This document shows, piece after piece, positions 24,247-35,070 of a stretch of 64,000 bases of DNA. The DNA lies in NCBI GenBank assembly GCA_030324005.1, contig JARDVH010000115.1, positions 2,993,973 to 3,057,972 on the forward strand. The letters run 5' to 3'. Source of the DNA: Negaprion brevirostris. Taxonomy: Eukaryota. A program made the position numbers and the translations under genes. Each line of letters opens with the position of its first letter. The first letter of the stretch is position 1. Below the pieces are notes generated by a model. It was not told where the DNA came from and searched no databases. It saw only the letters and a program-made list of their open reading frames with translations.

Positions 24247-26401
24247 ATCTCTATGAAATGCCAAGGCCGGGATGAATTTGAGCACAGGCATGGCCTGTTC
24301 TGACCTATGTTGCTTTCTGTTGAGCTAGTTTGAGTGCTCTTTAATTACTGTCTTTCAAAAAAACAAAATGATTGACAGTTAATGAAAATGTTACATTTTT
24401 AGATAAATCAGGACTTCCCAAATAACGTTGAAGGCTGTGTGATTTTAACCTAGTCATGTTAGTGTCATTAACTGGAGGCATAATAAGCAGCAGCATAGAT
24501 TTGACCTACTCTCCACTCTGTTCCTGTGAAAGACTTGCAGGTGCTGCGCTCCTCAGTGCATTAATTAAAGTGTATTATTATTGCCAGGGCTAATTTAATT
24601 CCCTCCTGACTCTTGAACCTGTTTGAAATGCTAACGGTTGGGGCATACAATGGTTTGAAGAGGTGGCCACATCAATACCACATGGTGTGGGGTGGGGGTA
24701 GGGCAGGGCAAAGTGTGTCAGCACTTTTCCCTGGTGTATGGCAAAGTCGTCAGACTGAGGAATATCTTGGTTGATTTGTAAGGTGAACCAACAATTTTAA
24801 TTGAAGGTGCTATATTCTTTTGGGGGTGGAGGGAGCTGGGAAGCGGGTGGAAATTGGGCTGGGGTTGAGCTTTGCATTTACCTAGGTTAAAAAGACTCTA
24901 TTTCTACAATACCTTTTATGATCTCTCAATATTCCAACTCTTTATAGCAAAGAAGTACCTTTTGAAATTTAATCACTATAAGGAACGCAGCAAGGTCCAA
25001 CTAACAGCAATGATATAATGGCCAGATAACTTTTAAGTGTTGATTAGCAATAGATGTTGACCAGGATATAGATGATGATTTCCCTGCTTTGTATTAGTGC
25101 TCGGGATCTCTTCAAGGTTAGATGTGGCCTTATCTTCAGGTGAGACACTGAACAGGTAGCTGTGATAGTATAGCACTCCTTTTGTGTGGTTTTGGGGTAT
25201 CAGTCTGGATTATGTATTTGAGCCTGAGGTTTGAAGCCACAGCTTTCTGACGGTGAGAATTCTACTTTCTAAATCATGGGTGACACATTCGTCGTGTGTG
25301 GAATGGAATACTTTCCAGTTTCAGGCAACAGGATCAGCAGCAGGATCCAGTATCCTTTGATTTTTGATCATGAACAGGATACTGTTCGTTTTGAGTCTGG
25401 ATCGAGCCTATCCAAGGTTCCTGCAATCAGCAGTTGCAGGAGAATTTCATCCTTATTGGCAAGGCCTTGATTGGTGTAGGTTCTCAAAGATAGGTTCGGG
25501 TTTAACCCATACACAGCAATCTTCCCTTGTTCGGCTGAGAGAGTTATTTCAAATAAAAAATTAAAAACAGTGCATTCAAAATGAGGTTTGGTTTTAAAAA
25601 TCTTTTTGAAATGGAGTATGTGTTCAGATTTAGTTACATTGTGCTGATATATTCCCTGTCCCTGGCAATCTTCCAATTCCTGCTCAGGTATAATTCTCAG
25701 GGTGCTGCTCTGTGACCCTCACCACACTACCTGTGCTAACCTAGAAATTGAGTGCCCTGGTTGGGATTGGATGAATGGGTGATGGCATGGGTGGAATGAA
25801 GTTCACTTCCAACAGAAATCGTAGGGACACAAGGAAAAGATTCAGCAAACCACCTTGGACCTGCTGTGCTTTCATTTCTTTATGCCCTTTCAGCTTTTGG
25901 GGAGGAAATCTGAAATCCTTACCCAGTCTGGCCTACATATGAGTCCAGACTCTGAGCAATGTGATTAACTCTTAACTACGCTCTGAAATGACCTTGCCAG
26001 TTTCTGTTGCGTCAAACCACTACAGAGAAGTCTATTAAGAATACATCTGGATGGATCATCTAGTATTGACTGGAAATGAGAAAACTGGGGGAGAGGGCAT
26101 ACAGACTAATTGAACAGCAACTGACATAATTATTACTAAATCCTGCCTGAAGCCAATGCCCCTAACTCTTCCATCACCATAGTTATGCCCTGTTCCACCA
26201 GCAGGGCAGATCCACATGAGATAGGGGCACTGTTGTATACAGTAGGCAGGAGTTTCTGGATAGTCACTGCTGGTTAACTGCACTGATACTTATACNNNNN
26301 NNNNNNNNNNNNNNNNNNNNNNNNNNNNNNNNNNNNNNNNNNNNNNNNNNNNNNNNNNNNNNNNNNNNNNNNNNNNNNNNNNNNNNNNNNNNNNNNNCTC
26401 C

Positions 26402-26443
26402 ATTCACCTGACGAAGAGGGTGTCCCCTCGAAAGCTTGTGAGT
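26402..26443 (+). ncRNA. Minimal type I hammerhead ribozyme motif in a Penelope-like pLTR remnant (26398-~26485)
   Basis: ATTCAC-CTGACGA-A-GAGGG-TGTC-CCCTC-GAAA-GC-TT-GTGAGT gives both core boxes, a 5-bp stem II and a 6-bp stem I with one G-U pair. A palindromic AAGCTT replaces stem III. Confidence 0.7.
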
Positions 26444-27419
26444 TTACTATCAAATAAATCGGTTGGACTAAAACTGGATGTTATACATCCAGAGGTGGAC
26501 ATATAACATTCCATTAGGCTGCTCCAGGGTGAGTAGAGAAATTTTTCCCAGTATCCAGGCCAGTGTTAGTGGTGATCTCGTAATAGACCACTGTTTTTTG
26601 GAGTTTGTGTGCAAATTGCCTGCGATGTTCCTTCCATTAAATGCAGTACCGACAGCTGAAAATATGTTCAGCACTTTGAAATGTCCTGAACTTAAGGCAT
26701 GAGAGAAAGCTCTTTCTTTTGTTTCCTTTGCATTTTAAAATGAATGAAATGATGATTAATTAGAAAGTTGGAAAGAGAAATGTGCTCCTTGCACCTGATA
26801 GTTATGTGAAGACTCTTTCCTTCCCTCTCTTACAGCAGTTTTGGCAGCGTGTTTGGGATGAGGCGGCAGTCAGATGGGTGAGGGTAAGATGGGCTGAGCT
26901 GTACGATGCCAATATTAGTGCTTTAGATTTCCTGTCTCTGGTTGTCTAGACTTCTCAACCACACACTGTTGTTTCTGGAGGCAGCCGCCATGTTTTTGTT
27001 TTTAGAATGGAGAGTATGTAACTTCTCACTTGTCTCCTGCCCCCAACCCACTCCCTCTCTTTTGTTTTTGAGTTTCTATCCTGTTCTGAAATTGGCACTG
27101 GCAGAAGGAGCAATCCTTCATGTGCGCACAAATCGAGAATGTCTACTGTTTATTTTGACTGAGGCTGTGGGAGAGCTTCACAATTCAGTTGCATCTTTGG
27201 CCAGTGATTTGGATGCTGGAGCCCCATCTTTGTGGGTGTCGATCACCTTGCCCTCCTTTTCACTGCCCCAATCTAAATGCTGAGTCTGTGTCACATTGGG
27301 TTCCACCTTTTAAGGAATATCTATTTGATAGACTGAGGTTCGCTAGTCCCTCTTTTTGATTTGGAGTGCCCTGCATTTGTGCTGAGGTTGTCAGCTGTTT
27401 ATTTCTCTTCCTTTTACCA

Positions 27420-27890
27420 GGGAGTGTTACCTAATGAAGTGTTCAAGATGATTGAAGGATTTGATGGGATTAAAACAAAATTGCTGAAAACAATCTATCT
27501 GGCAGCATTGTGGATAGAAAAACAGTTACTGTTTTGAGTCCCATGTGACTCCTGTTTGGAACGATTTGATGGGGGTGGTTAGATGAACTATTCCTCCAGT
27601 GGAGAATCCAGAAAGAAGGGATCTAACCTCGAAATTAGAGCCAGGCTGTTTAGAAGTGATGTTAGGAAGTACTTTTCCACAAAAGGCAGTGGAAATCCGG
27701 TGTGCACTCCCTTAAATAAAAATCTATTGAAGCTGGAAATCAACTGAAAATTTCAAATTGAGTTGGGATTTTACTGGGGAGGGCGATTAAGAGTTACTGA
27801 ATCAAAGAGTAAAAGGAATTGAGGTATAAATCAGCCATGATCCAGTTGAAAGGTTAGCTTCGACGGGTGGAATGGTCTCATCTTGTTGTC
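27420..27890 (+). mobile_element. CR1 LINE 3' fragment with a short Penelope-like insert (about 27470-27560)
   Basis: GAAGTGTTCAAGATGATTGAAGGATTTGATGGG recurs as GATTTGATGGG after the insert. The tail reads ATCAGCCATGATC...GAATGGTCT. Confidence 0.6.
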
Positions 27891-29709
27891 ACCTGTCCCA
27901 CATTGTGGGACCATTAGTTATTTGTACGTATACAATATTTGCATGCAAATTAAATGGTTCAGAAATAAAGTATTTTTCAAATTCATGTTTTGGCTTATGG
28001 GCATCCCAATAAATTGGCATTTATTGCCCATCCCTAGTTACTCTTGTGAATGTGGTTATACAGCTGTCTTGCTCAGCCACTTCGGAGGACAGTTAAAAGT
28101 CATCCATGTTGGAGTGTAGCTGGAGTTGCTTGTGAGCCCAGACTACAAGGATGGTGGAATTTCCCCAAAAAAAAAGTTCATATAAAAGTTGTGTTTCTAG
28201 GATCAGTCATTTCCACTTCCTTTGTTTAAAGTTTTGGTCACCTATCCTGTTATCTCTTTGTGCCTTGGTGTTAGTTTGTTTTATGTTTCTTGAAACATTT
28301 TGGAATGTTTTTATTACATCAGAAGAACCATAAAAATGCAAGTTGGTAGTTTCTTGTTTGCAGGTCTGTAAAATGCTGGATTCGGATCCTCAGACATTGA
28401 CCATGATTGCGTAGTGTTTNNNNNNNNNNNNNNNNNNNNNNNNNNNNNNNNNNNNNNNNNNNNNNNNNNNNNNNNNNNNNNNNNNNNNNNNNNNNNNNNN
28501 NNNNNNNNNNNNNNNNNNNNNNNNNNNNNNNNNNNNNNNNNNNNNNNNNNNNNNNNNNNTTTTTAATCTGCTTTTGTGGTGTGTGCCCTGGGTGGTAATT
28601 GTTCAACTAGTGAGATTTAGACATTAGGGTATGATTTGACATTACCTCTGAAAGGCTTGGTCTGATATAAAGATGTTATGTGCTCCTCTGTATAAACATT
28701 CTGTATGAGGAGACCTTGGCACACAAGTTCTCTGCACTGGACAAGGACCCCAGTGAGTTTGATAATGTTTGAGTGGGTTTATAATGACTTAGGAGCTCCC
28801 AGTCTGTATTTATCATAGGTGATGATTTCAATAAGCTTTGTTTAGAATTTTCCTTGGGATATTCAAAGTGTGAGGATCTGTGAAACTGGTTTTGCACATT
28901 TACCAGTTCAGTCCACCCAATCCTGTGGCCTACTGTGAAAGAAGAAAGACAGACTTGCACTGCACATCTGTCAAGACTTCAAGCAATGTGGTACTTTTTG
29001 GAATGTAGTCACTGGCCGTGGGGAATTGCAGTTCGACAATGGTTGCATCCATTAAGCTTATATTACAAATGGGCTACAGTCCTGATGACCATGAGCAGAT
29101 AGGGCTGGAACAATAACTCTGGATTGCTGGCAAGCATGCACCATAGGAACATAGCTCAGATTGATCAATTCCGATTACCTTTCAAAATTTGGCAGGAAAT
29201 CATGGCTGAGTGATCACTTATTTTCTTTATCTCAATTTAATTCTTCCTCAGCTGAAGCTTATTTACTCCAAGGTAAATTTCCCATCTTGCAGCATGTAGG
29301 TCAGATGGGAGAGCTATTAACCATTTATCTAAACAGACCTTTTCTGTTTTTTGCATGAACTCAAGGTGCCAGTAATAGGTAACATTAAATGGCAAATTTT
29401 CAGACAAGATTTTACTTGCTATTTATTTGGAAAGAATATTGTATTTTTATTTTAAGTTTAAGAACAAAGCTTCTGTTGTGGCCGATTATCCTCTCTTGAT
29501 GGCCAAATAAAATGTCAAAAACCAGATGAGAGCATTAGCATACAAGGGGCAAAAGCACAAGCTGTACTGTTACACTTGGCTCAGCCAGTGTACCCCACTG
29601 TACAATGTGCTCTCCTGTACTGACATGTACAGTACACAGTCTGTATCAAAGACAAACTTTCATAATTGGGTGAAATTTTTGTTGTTTTGCCCTGGCTTGA
29701 AGGTCTGTT

Positions 29710-30400
29710 TGGCTCTGTTTAGTAGTGCTTAAGTCAGAAATCTGTAGGTTCGAGTCCCACTCCAGAACTGAGCTTGTCTTGTGCTTCAGTTTGATGTTCA
29801 ATATCCTCTTGCAGTATTTGTGGAGAAGGGGGAGTTCTCACAGGTATCTTGGGCCAGTATTCTTCCCTTCACCAACATCAGCAAAAACAGATTAACATGT
29901 TATTGCCGTTTTTGGGATCTTGCTAGATGTAGGTCACCACTCAAAGTAATAAATAGTATATGAAGCACTTGGGGCATATTTAGCAGTGTACCGAGGCACT
30001 GCATACTGAACCGTCTGTGGTGCTGGTGCGTGTAAGGAGATTTCTTCAGAAGCTTGTGGGGTCAATTTTCATTCCAGGGCCTTGAGCAGTGCAGTACTTG
30101 GAGAGTGCTGTGCTGTCAACTGCTGTTTCTCAGATGATGAGAGAAAATGAGGCCCTAATGGTCCCTCTGGTGAATGTAGAACAGAGGTGTCGAGGCACCA
30201 GTTTGAAAAGCAAGAGGACTATCTGATGACTACCTGGTCAATATTTATGCCTCAACCAACCGATTATCTGATCGTCTTGACTTTGTGGGTCTTGTGTGCA
30301 CGTGGACTGCCACATTTCCTGCATTTTTTGCATTGCTTGTAAAACTTCGGGGATGTCCTGTGACCATGAAAGGTGCTATAGAAATGCAATACTTTTTACC
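29710..30400 (+). mobile_element. Two adjacent Deu-domain SINE copies
   Basis: GGTTCGAGTCCCACTCCAG (B box)...CACCAACATCAGCAAAAACAGATT. The second copy reads CAGATGATGAG...TATTTATGCCTCAACCAAC...CCATGAAAGGTGCTATAGAAATGCAA. Confidence 0.65.
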
Positions 30401-31087
30401 ACTTTTTACAGGTGATATTGAAGGAGGAAGGGAAACAAAATGAATTGGGACAATATATTAATTTATTGATGTCCTCCAGTGAATTGAGGTTCTGCGTTGG
30501 TCAGAATTAAAATGTGGATGGACAGGACTATACCATTACAACTGTCTACAATGGCAATCCAGGGTCTTAGTGGGTGCAAAATGTGCAATGACGTCCTTCA
30601 GAGCTGTTTAACAAAACAAAGGCGCCTTAGGACTTTTTGTTTTGATCTTTTTTTCAAAGCTTTGGCCTTTGCTCTGGTGGGTCACCTTTCCTATTGGTAA
30701 GTGCCCTGACACCAAGTCTAGACTTGTTCTTTCAAAACTTTGTTGTGCTGGTTGAGTGGTCAGCTGCTATTAGTAATTATTCTGCGCTTGGGCGGGGGAA
30801 CTGGAGCAAAATAGAGAGATGAAAGTGAGGCTTGTGTAAAATGATGATGTTCCTGAGAGGCAAGTAACAGGTTGAACCTGTCTACATTTTAAATTTGTCA
30901 ACTGGTTGAAGAAAAGAGCTGCTTTTATCAAAATCTTGCAGGGCAGCATAATGGCAAGTGTTCAGGTCCAGTCTGTGCTTTGATCATAGAACCTTAAAGC
31001 AGAGAAGGAGGCCATTCGAACCATTGTTTCAGTGCTAGCTCTTTGAAAGAAGTCCAACTAATCCCACTCCCTGGCTTTTGCCCCATA

Positions 31088-31190
31088 GTAAGAAGTCTGA
31101 CAACGCCAGGTTTAAGTCCAACCGATTTATTTGATAGTAAACTCACAAGCTTTTGAGGTTTCCCCCTTCGTCAGGTGAATTGAGAGTACT
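31088..31190 (-). mobile_element. Penelope-like pLTR end with hammerhead motif, same subfamily as 26398-26485; truncated by gap
   Basis: The reverse complement reads ATTCACCTGACGAAGGGGGAAACCTCAAAAGCTTGTGAGTTTACTATCAAATAAATCGGTTGGAC, nearly identical to the 26402 copy. Confidence 0.8.
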
Positions 31191-31714
31191 NNNNNNNNNN
31201 NNNNNNNNNNNNNNNNNNNNNNNNNNNNNNNNNNNNNNNNNNNNNNNNNNNNNNNNNNNNNNNNNNNNNNNNNNNNNNNNNNNNNNNNNNNNNNNNNNNN
31301 NNNNNNNNNNNNNNNNNNNNNNNNNNNNNNNNNNNNNNNNNNNNNNNNNNNNNNNNNNNNNNNNNNNNNNNNNNNNNNNNNNNNNNNNNNNNNNNNNNNN
31401 NNNNNNNNNNNNNNNNNNNNNNNNNNNNNNNNNNNNNNNNNNNNNNNNNNNNNNNNNNNNNNNNNNNNNNNNNNNNNNNNNNNNNNNNNNNNNNNNNNNN
31501 NNNNNNNNNNNNNNNNNNNNNNNNNNNNNNNNNNNNNNNNNNNNNNNNNNNNNNNNNNNNNNNNNNNNNNNNNNNNNNNNNNNNNNNNNNNNNNNNNNNN
31601 NNNNNNNNNNNNNNNNNNNNNNNNNNNNNNNNNNNNNNNNNNNNNNNNNNNNNNNNNNNNNNNNNNNNNNNNNNNNNNNNNNNNNNNNNNNNNNNNNNNN
31701 NNNNNNNNNNNNNN

Positions 31715-31885
31715 AAGATGTGTGGGGCAGGTGGATTGGTCATGCTAAAGTGCCCCTTAATGTCAGGGGGACTAGCTAGGGTAAATGTATGGGATTATGA
31801 GGATGGGGCCTGGGTGGGATTGTGGTTGGTGCAGATTCAATAGGCTGAATGGCCTCCTGCACTGTAGGATTCTATGTCTATGTAT
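31715..31885 (+). mobile_element. HE1-like SINE, 3' half
   Basis: GGATTGGTCATGCTAAAGTGCCCCTTAATGTCAGGGGGACTAGCTAGGG...GAATGGCCTCC...GGATTCTATG. Confidence 0.8.
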
Positions 31886-32124
31886 GAGTGTTGCTGAATT
31901 GGTTTTGTTATTTGGTCTTGTTTGATAATTGTGAAATGGTGAAGCTATTGGTAGAAGAGGATCAATTTCTATATCGGTTTCTGGTTAGAGGAGTCCAGTG
32001 AAATCTCCTCAAAGGTTTTCATGACCAAATTGGGCATTATAGAAAGGATCTCCATATTCTGAATGGTGGACAATGTGACCTTTTCAGTCCATCATCCTCT
32101 GACAATCTTGCTAGAATAGTTGCC

Positions 32125-32655
32125 GTGGTTCTATGTAATGCTGTCGCTTCTGAATAAGAATATTGTTTCCAGATTCAAGCACATAATCCTTACTGACACA
32201 CTCAGTGCACGACTGAGGGAGCGCAGCACTGTTCAACGTGCTGTCTTTCAGATGAGATGTTAAACCAAGTCTGCCCCCTCGTGTGGAAATAGATCACTTG
32301 GCACTATTTTGAAGCAGAATGGAGTTGTTCCTCCAGATTTCTGGCCATTATTTATCCCTCACCCAACATTATTGAAATAAATTCTCTGATCGTTATCACA
32401 TGTTATTGTTTGTGGGAGCTTGCTAGGTTTGCATTCATTGCTTTTTTCATTTGCAGGATTTGGCTGTGGCTGATTCAGCCAACATTTATTGCCCATCTCT
32501 ATTTGCTTTTGATGGTTATGATGTGCTGCCATCCAGGTGGTTTCCCTTTATTATACCAGTGACAATATTCCAGAAGTCTTCCATTGGCTGGGGAATGTGC
32601 TTTGGGACATTCTGTGGTGATGAGAAGCATATTAGAAATGAAAGTTCTTGTTTCT
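32125..32655 (+). mobile_element. Deu-domain SINE, near full length
   Basis: CTGAGGGAGCGCAGCACTG...GTCTTTCAGATGAGATGTTAAACC...TATTTATCCCTCACCCAACAT...TTGTTTGTGGGAGCTTGC. Confidence 0.75.
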
Positions 32656-33742
32656 AGGAATCCAAGCAACTCTGTGCTCCTTCCCTGCTGGCCTGCCCTC
32701 TATACACTTTCTGGGCTTGGAAATTTGAAAAGGGCTTTTCTTTTTGATGCTACTGCCAATGGTGGATACACCCTTAATTCTAAATGCCGAGACCTGTTGG
32801 TATCAGCAATATGAGACGTGCAGATTTAGGGAGCATGGAGTGAAACTTATATGTGTTTCATGAAGCTCAGGCTGCCCATTAAAACCAGAAGTCTGGCTCC
32901 CCCCTACGCTATAAGGTTACATTTGGCACTTGCTGATTTCTGAAGCAAAATCCCATCGCATTTAAAGATATCAAGCACTTAGCCTAACATGGAGTAAGTG
33001 CAAGTAAGAAAGGGCACAAGAGCTTGGATTTTTATTGAATGATTATAGAACTGTATAGATAGAATTAACTTTTTTAAAAAGGCAAACCAAGCTTTTTCTA
33101 GAGGGAAGTCATTGAAGATTCAGGGCGTTATGTTCAATCTGTATTCAACCATGGATAGACTAGACTTGAGTTCGCCATGCAGTTCTGTTCACCGTATTAT
33201 TTTTAAAATTTCATTTTTGATGTCAGCGAAGCCAGTGTTTATTACCCATCTCTAGTTGCCCTTAAGAAGGTGGTGATGAGCTGCTGCCTTGAGCTACAGC
33301 AGTCCATTCTGCTACCTTGATGTCAAGGGCAGTGACTCTCTCCACACCTCCGAAGCTCAACTCTTTTAGCGCATGTTTGAACCAAGGCTGTATTGAAATC
33401 AGGAGCTGAGTGAGCCTGGTGGAACCCAAAAGGCGGGTCAGTGAGTAGGTTACTGCTAAGTAAGTGCAGCTTGATAGCACTGATAATAACCCACTTCTAT
33501 CACTTTATTAATGATCAAGATTAGACTGATGAGGCAGTAATTGGCCAGGTTGGATTTGTCCTGATTTTTGTGTACAGGACATTCCTGGGCAATTTCCCAC
33601 ATTGGGTAGGTGCCAGTGATGTGGCTGCACTGGAACTGCTTTGCTATAAAACTTCGGCATCGACCTGAGAGTAACAGATTATCTAAAGCATAGCACTTTC
33701 AATGTTATGGCACTTTTTACATACCACCTGCGTGTGTCATTC

Positions 33743-35070
33743 TCATAGAAACGCAGAAAAGAGGTGCAGGAGTAGGCCATTTGGCCCTTCGAGCCTGCTC
33801 CACCATTCAATATGATCATGATTGATCATGCACTTTCAGTATCCCACTCCCACATTCTCTCTATACCTCTTGATCTCTTTAGCCACAAAGGCCCCATCCA
33901 GCTCTGTCTTCAACATATTTAATGAACTAGCCCCAACAGCTTTTGGTTCACAACTCTGGGTGAAGAAGTTCTTCCTCATCTCAGTCCTGAATGGCTTACC
34001 CCTTATTCATAGACTACAACCCCTAGTTCTGGACTTCCCCAACACTGGAAACAGTCTTCCTGCATCTAGCCTGTCCAGTCCCATCAGGATATGAAATCCC
34101 ATGTCATTCTTATAAATTTCAGTGAGTACAAGCTCAGTTGATCCAGTCTCTCTTCATATGTCAGTCCTGCCATTCCAGGAATCAGTCTGGTGAACCTTTG
34201 CAGTACTCCCTCAATAGTAAGAATGTCCTTCAGATTAGGAGACCAAAACTGCACACAGTTCAGGGTGTGGTCTCACCAAGACCCTGTTTAACTGCAGAAA
34301 GACATCTTTACTCCCATATTCAAATCCTCTTGGTATGAAGGCCAGCATACCATTATTTCCTCACTGCCTGCTGTACCTGCATGCCACCTTTCAACTACTT
34401 TCTGCCATGGCATCCAGGTCATGTTGTACTTCCCCTTTTCCTAAACTGTCATCATTCAGATAACTTGCATCCTGTTTTTACCACCAAATTGAATAACCTC
34501 ACATTGATCCACATTATATTGTATTTGCCCACTCAGCCAGCCTGTCCCAAGTTACCCTGCAGTCTCTTGGCATCCTCTTCACAGCACACACTGCCACCCA
34601 GCTCAGTGTCATCTGCAAATTTTGGAGATATTGCATTTGATTCCTTCGTCCAAATCATGAATGTATATTGTGAACAGTTGGGGTCACAGCATTGAACCCT
34701 GTGTTCCCCACTATTCATTGCCTGCCACTCTGAAAAAGACTGATTTATTCTCACTCTCTGCTTCCTGTTTGCCAACCATTTCTCTATCCACATCAGTACA
34801 TTACCCCCAATACATGAGCTTTGATATTGCTCACTAATCTCGTGGGATCTTGTCAAAAGCCTTTTGAAAGTCCAGACAGACAACATCCACTGGTTCATCC
34901 TTGTCCACTCTACTGGTCACATCCTCAAAATTCCAGAAGATTTGTCAAGCATGATTTCCCTTTAGTGAATCCAGGCTGACTTGGACCGATCCTGTCACTA
35001 CTTTCCAAATGCTCAGTTATTGCATCCTTAATAATTGACCCCAGCATTTTCTCCACCACCGATGTCAGGC
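33743..35070 (-). mobile_element. CR1-clade LINE, RT C-terminal region through the 3' end
   Basis: The minus ORF 34533-34898 contains WIEKWLANRKQRV and KFADDTELGGSVCCEEDAKRLQGNL (CR1 RT). The 3' end reads CATAGAAAC...GCAGGAGTAGGCCATT on +. Confidence 0.92.
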
